50,505 nt of DNA from Myxococcota bacterium. Lineage in GTDB: Bacteria; Myxococcota_A; UBA796; SXON01. The stretch is from the NCBI GenBank assembly GCA_040386535.1, contig JAZKFH010000008.1, positions 263,102 through 313,606 of the forward strand, read 5' to 3'. Positions 46,652 to 50,505 of this stretch are shown here, in pieces (positions within the stretch are counted from its first letter, which is position 1; the number at the start of each line of letters is the position of its first letter). The notes below the pieces were generated by a model. That model saw only the letters and a program-made list of their open reading frames with translations, was not told the origin of the DNA and did not search any database. The position numbers were made by a program, and so were the translations under genes.

Positions 46652-47211
46652 GCCTCCTCGTCGCCCTCGTGTCGTTGGCGCTCGCGACGGGTGGCCCCGG
46701 CGACATCCCCGCCGGCCCGCCCTCCGGGGCCAGCGTGGGCGCGCCCTCGGGCGCCCCTCCCAACGTCGGGTCCACCGCCAAGAACACCCCCGCCCCCGGC
46801 GATCAGCGCGTCACCGTCTACTTCCGCGGCGCGCCGGCCGGCGTCCGGGTGCAGGCCCAACGCGGCGAGGACGCGCCCACGCCCATGGCCGACTCGGGCA
46901 CCGGCGTGCTCTCGGCCGACCTGTACGGACCGCCCGCCCGGTTCCTCCAGCTCCGCCTGCTCCTCCAGCCCCAGAACGGCGCTGCCTACCCCGTGTACGA
47001 TGGGTTGGTCGTGCTCACCGACCCCGCCCACGAGACGCTCGCGTTCCAGTTCCAGGACCAGCAGGCGCTGCGCCTGCCCGTCGCGCCGTCGGCACGCACC
47101 GAGGTCGCGCTCGACCAGCGCACGACGTGGTGGGTCAGCTTCGCCTGGGGTGCCCTGTCGCTCGCCTGGGTGGGCCTGCTGGGGGTGTTGTGGGCGCTGC
47201 GGTCCCGCTGA
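46648..47211 (+). CDS. Hypothetical exported protein with a C-terminal membrane anchor
   Basis: MSLLVALVSLALA, Pro/Gly linker, beta-rich domain and C-terminal WWVSFAWGALSLAWVGLLGVLWALRSR. Confidence 0.7.
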   Translation: MSLLVALVSLALATGGPGDIPAGPPSGASVGAPSGAPPNVGSTAKNTPAPGDQRVTVYFRGAPAGVRVQAQRGEDAPTPMADSGTGVLSADLYGPPARFLQLRLLLQPQNGAAYPVYDGLVVLTDPAHETLAFQFQDQQALRLPVAPSARTEVALDQRTTWWVSFAWGALSLAWVGLLGVLWALRSR

Positions 47212-48926
47212 CGCCCCCGGGCGCGCCGTTTCAGGGAGAGATTCGCTCCACATGGGCCGGCACGCTGCTCGTCTTCGCGACTTACCTCGCCCTGTCGGTC
47301 GCGTGGTCCTGGCCGCTGGCGCGTCTCGACCCCTCCGTGCTCGTGACCCGCCAGTTCGACCTGTACCCGACCATCTGGCTCCTCGCGCGCGCCCCGTCCG
47401 TGCCGCTCGACCTGATGCACGCCGGCAGCGCCTGGCCCATCGGCGAGTCGCTCGCGCGGGTCGACTCCTACGCCGTCCTCCCCGTCGCGTGGCTGCTCGG
47501 CAGCTGGATCGATCCCCGCGTGCTCGCCGCGCTGCTGGGCCTGCTGGGCCCCCCGCTGGGCGCCATGGCCGCCGAGCGGTGCGCCGCCCACGCGTTCCGG
47601 GTGGCGCGCCCCGCGTCGTGGGTGGCGGGCGTCGTGTACGGCTTCTCCGGCATCACCGCCACGGCGCTGCTCGAAGGGCACGTGTACCACGCGGTCAACC
47701 CGTGGCTCCCGCTGCTCCTGTGGGCCGCGTGGCGCGCCCAGGAAGAGGGCGGGCGCTGGCTCCACGGGTTCGCCGCCGCCGCCGCGTGGGCCCTCGCGCT
47801 GCTCACCACGGCCTACGCCGGGGTCATGGGCGCGCTGCTCCTCGTGGTCGTGGGCCTGCGCGGCGGCGTCGCGCGCCTCGCGGTCGGCATGTTGGTCGTC
47901 GGGTTGCCCGCGGGCCTCTTGTACGTGCGGCTGTACAACGCGGGCGGCGGCTGGTCCGACGGGCAGGCCATGGAGCCCTCCCAAGTGATGGCCATGGGAT
48001 CGGCCACCCTCGCCAGCCTCGGCGGGTGGAGCGACGCCATCGATCTGCGCTACCACTCCATCGGCGCGACGCTCGGCTTCACCGGCCTCTGGGCGTGCCT
48101 GCTCGCGCCCGTCGTGTTGCGGGGCGCCGCGGGGTGGCGCACGCTCCTCGGCCTCGCGCTGCTCTCCCTGCTCGTGGCGCTCGGCCGCACCATCCAGATC
48201 GCGCCCGGCGGCACCTCGTTCTGGTCACCCGTCTCCTGGCTCGTCAACGTGCCCGGCATCGAGCAGTTCCGCTTTCCCATCCGGGTCACCTGGCTCTACG
48301 CGCTCTGCGCCGCGATGGTGGCCGCGCGTGTGGTGGGCGTCCTGTACGCGCGCCTCGGCCCCGCGTGGATGGCCCCGTTGTTCCTGCTCGTCGCGGGCGA
48401 CGCGATCGTCGGCACCGGCCTCCCGTGGCGGCTGCGCACCCAGATCGGCACCGTCCCCTCCGCCTACGCCGCCGCGCCCGAGGGCCGCGCGGTCCTCGAC
48501 CTGTGGGCGCGCCCGCTCGACCGCTCCTCCGGCGAGGCCGAGATGTGGGCGCGCGCGCTCACCTGCTACTACCAGGCCTTCCACGCCCGCCCCGTGCTCG
48601 AGGTGTGCATGGGCACCAACGTCGACAGCCCGCGCGAGGCCGTCGACCGGTGGCTCGGCGCGCGCCTCCTCGCCACGGCGCCCGACGCCGCGTTCATCGC
48701 CGGGTACATGGGGCGCCTCGGCGTAGGCGCCATCGTGCTGCACGCGGATGTCTACCGTCCTGCCGATCGCGACGTTCTCACGGCCGCCCTCACCACCACC
48801 TTCGGGCCCGCGGCGGCCGACACGCGCGATGGCGGCGAGCACGTGCTGCTCTGGGTCGTGCCCCCGGTCACCGACCCCGATCCCGCCGGCACCTGGGCGA
48901 CCATCCGCGCGGGGAGGCAGTGGTAG
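47190..48926 (+). CDS. Polytopic membrane protein, GT-C/YfhO-like glycosyltransferase candidate
   Basis: TM1 followed by a loop Asp (QFDLY), about 12 TM segments, QFRFPIR, and a soluble C-terminal domain (YYQAFHARP, LGVGAIVLH). Start uncertain. Confidence 0.65.
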   Translation: MGAAVPLTPPGAPFQGEIRSTWAGTLLVFATYLALSVAWSWPLARLDPSVLVTRQFDLYPTIWLLARAPSVPLDLMHAGSAWPIGESLARVDSYAVLPVAWLLGSWIDPRVLAALLGLLGPPLGAMAAERCAAHAFRVARPASWVAGVVYGFSGITATALLEGHVYHAVNPWLPLLLWAAWRAQEEGGRWLHGFAAAAAWALALLTTAYAGVMGALLLVVVGLRGGVARLAVGMLVVGLPAGLLYVRLYNAGGGWSDGQAMEPSQVMAMGSATLASLGGWSDAIDLRYHSIGATLGFTGLWACLLAPVVLRGAAGWRTLLGLALLSLLVALGRTIQIAPGGTSFWSPVSWLVNVPGIEQFRFPIRVTWLYALCAAMVAARVVGVLYARLGPAWMAPLFLLVAGDAIVGTGLPWRLRTQIGTVPSAYAAAPEGRAVLDLWARPLDRSSGEAEMWARALTCYYQAFHARPVLEVCMGTNVDSPREAVDRWLGARLLATAPDAAFIAGYMGRLGVGAIVLHADVYRPADRDVLTAALTTTFGPAAADTRDGGEHVLLWVVPPVTDPDPAGTWATIRAGRQW

Positions 48927-48951
48927 ACTGGGCCCGCGAGGCCGAGCACCC

Positions 48952-50403
48952 ATGAGCATCACGCTGATCAACCCCCCCGAGAAGAAGCGGGTCTGGGCCG
49001 GGATCGCCGAGAGCATGGCGTACGGCGTGTATTGTTTCCCGCCGCTCGCCCTCATGTACCTGCAGGCCTCCATCGAGAAGCGCACGGCGCACCGCGCCGA
49101 GGTGTACGACGCCATCGTCGACGACATGGACCACCCCGAGTTCGAGGCGAAGCTCGCCAACTACGACCTCGATTTCGTCGGCATCTCCACGTACACGCAC
49201 TCGCTGCCCGACGTGCAGCTCACCATCGACGCGGTGCGCAAGCGCAACCCCAACGCGCACATCTCGCTCGGCGGCCCGCACCCGATCATGTTCCCCGACT
49301 ACGCGATCCAGCTCCGCGGGGTCGACTCCATCTGCACCGGCGACGGCGACGACGTGATCGTCGAGATGATCAAGGCCATCGACGACGGCAAGTCGCTCGA
49401 AGGCATTCCCGGCCTCTGGCTCAAGTCCCGCGGCGGCGAGATCGTCAAGAACGCTGCCCGCAAGGAGACCAAGTCGCTCGATTGGCAGGTGTGGCCCGAC
49501 CGCTCGCGCACCCGTTTTCGTGACTACTGGGTGCCCGGCGCCAAGCAGCCCATGGTCACCACCGCCATCACGTCCAAGGGGTGCCCCCACTCCTGCCCGT
49601 TCTGCTTCACCTACAAGAAGCAGTACCGCATGCGTGACATCGACAACATCCTCGACGAGATGGAGCACTGTGTCTCCCTCGGCATCACCGAGGTGTTCTT
49701 CGTGGATGACCTGTTCACGCCCAACTCCCAGTGGGCGATGAAGTTCTGCGACGGCATCGAGCGCCGCGGCCTGAAGTTCAACTGGGGCTACAAGACCACG
49801 GTGGCGGGCACCACGCGCGAGCAGATCCGCCGCTGCAAGGAGGCCGGGGCCACCAAGATCCACTTCGGCGTCGAGTCGATGCACAACGACGGCCTGGACG
49901 CGCACGACAAACATTGTGACACGGACGACTGTCACCGTGTGTTCCGCTGGTGCCGCGAGGAGGGCGTGCGCAGCGTCGCCTACATCATGATCGGCGGCCC
50001 CCACGAGAAGACCCGCGCCGACGTCGAGGCCAACCTCGACGAGATGATCAAGCTCGACGCCGAGTACGCCGCCTTCGCCATCTACACACCCTACCCGGGC
50101 ACCGAGTCCTTCGAGTTGGGCGCCCGCCTCGGCCTGTACAACGCCGACTGTTGGGACAAGCTGATGAAGGACCCGCTGTGCGGCGAGAAGGTGCCCGTGT
50201 GTTGGGAGGAGCACCTCACCCGCGCGGAGCTGCTCGATCTGCTCAAGTTGTGTCATCGCAAGTTCTACTTCCGCCCGCGCTTCATCGCGCGCCAGATCAA
50301 GCAGCTCCAGAGCCCGCAAGAGCTCAAGCGCCTCGCGGACGCCGCGATCTCGCTGGTGAAGCTCGAGTTCACGCGGACGCAGAGCGCGGAGGCGCCGGTT
50401 TAG
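48952..50403 (+). CDS. B12-binding domain radical SAM protein (class B methyltransferase-like)
   Basis: LINPP, PPLALMYL, LGGPHP, TSKGCPHSCPFC, FVDDLF, FGVES and TPYPGT. Confidence 0.93.
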   Translation: MSITLINPPEKKRVWAGIAESMAYGVYCFPPLALMYLQASIEKRTAHRAEVYDAIVDDMDHPEFEAKLANYDLDFVGISTYTHSLPDVQLTIDAVRKRNPNAHISLGGPHPIMFPDYAIQLRGVDSICTGDGDDVIVEMIKAIDDGKSLEGIPGLWLKSRGGEIVKNAARKETKSLDWQVWPDRSRTRFRDYWVPGAKQPMVTTAITSKGCPHSCPFCFTYKKQYRMRDIDNILDEMEHCVSLGITEVFFVDDLFTPNSQWAMKFCDGIERRGLKFNWGYKTTVAGTTREQIRRCKEAGATKIHFGVESMHNDGLDAHDKHCDTDDCHRVFRWCREEGVRSVAYIMIGGPHEKTRADVEANLDEMIKLDAEYAAFAIYTPYPGTESFELGARLGLYNADCWDKLMKDPLCGEKVPVCWEEHLTRAELLDLLKLCHRKFYFRPRFIARQIKQLQSPQELKRLADAAISLVKLEFTRTQSAEAPV

Positions 50404-50505
50404 CGGTGGCGGTCCGGTGGGATTGGGCGATTCTTGGGGCAGGGGCGCTGCCCCCGCAACGAGCCTGTGAAGCAATCCCCCCTTGGGGAGTCTGGGGAGA
50501 AACCG

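Noticed and set aside
1..50505. rRNA, tRNA, transposase, integrase or prophage genes
   Set aside because: No recognisable motifs were seen. The GH25 lysozyme has a membrane anchor and no phage neighbours.

Overview
This is a very GC-rich, gene-dense bacterial window whose MopE-type Cys/Asp repeat proteins, MYXO-CTERM-like motif and TSP3/OmpA architecture suggest a Myxococcota/delta-proteobacterial lineage (inference). About 40 CDS are supportable: repeat-rich surface proteins, an M28 peptidase, a TauD-like protein next to a deoxynucleoside kinase, an RlmJ-like protein, a split MFP-RND...RND-TolC efflux system, a pseudokinase-TPR pair, an AurF/CylC-like di-metal enzyme, an RDD/SpoIIM/DUF4129-DUF4350/MoxR/DUF58 operon, MATE, a serine hydrolase, a GH25 muramidase, and a terminal envelope-modification cluster with two B12-radical SAM enzymes. 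I found no rRNA, tRNA, transposase or CRISPR array. The most striking unexplained signal is non-coding. A ~140-165 bp three-hairpin element recurs in four intergenic regions plus one partial copy, in both orientations, with conserved linkers and covarying stems. A ~50-bp palindromic unit forms a tandem array next to one copy and occurs as a single, compensatorily mutated copy next to another. All family assignments come from motif recognition by eye, not from database searches.
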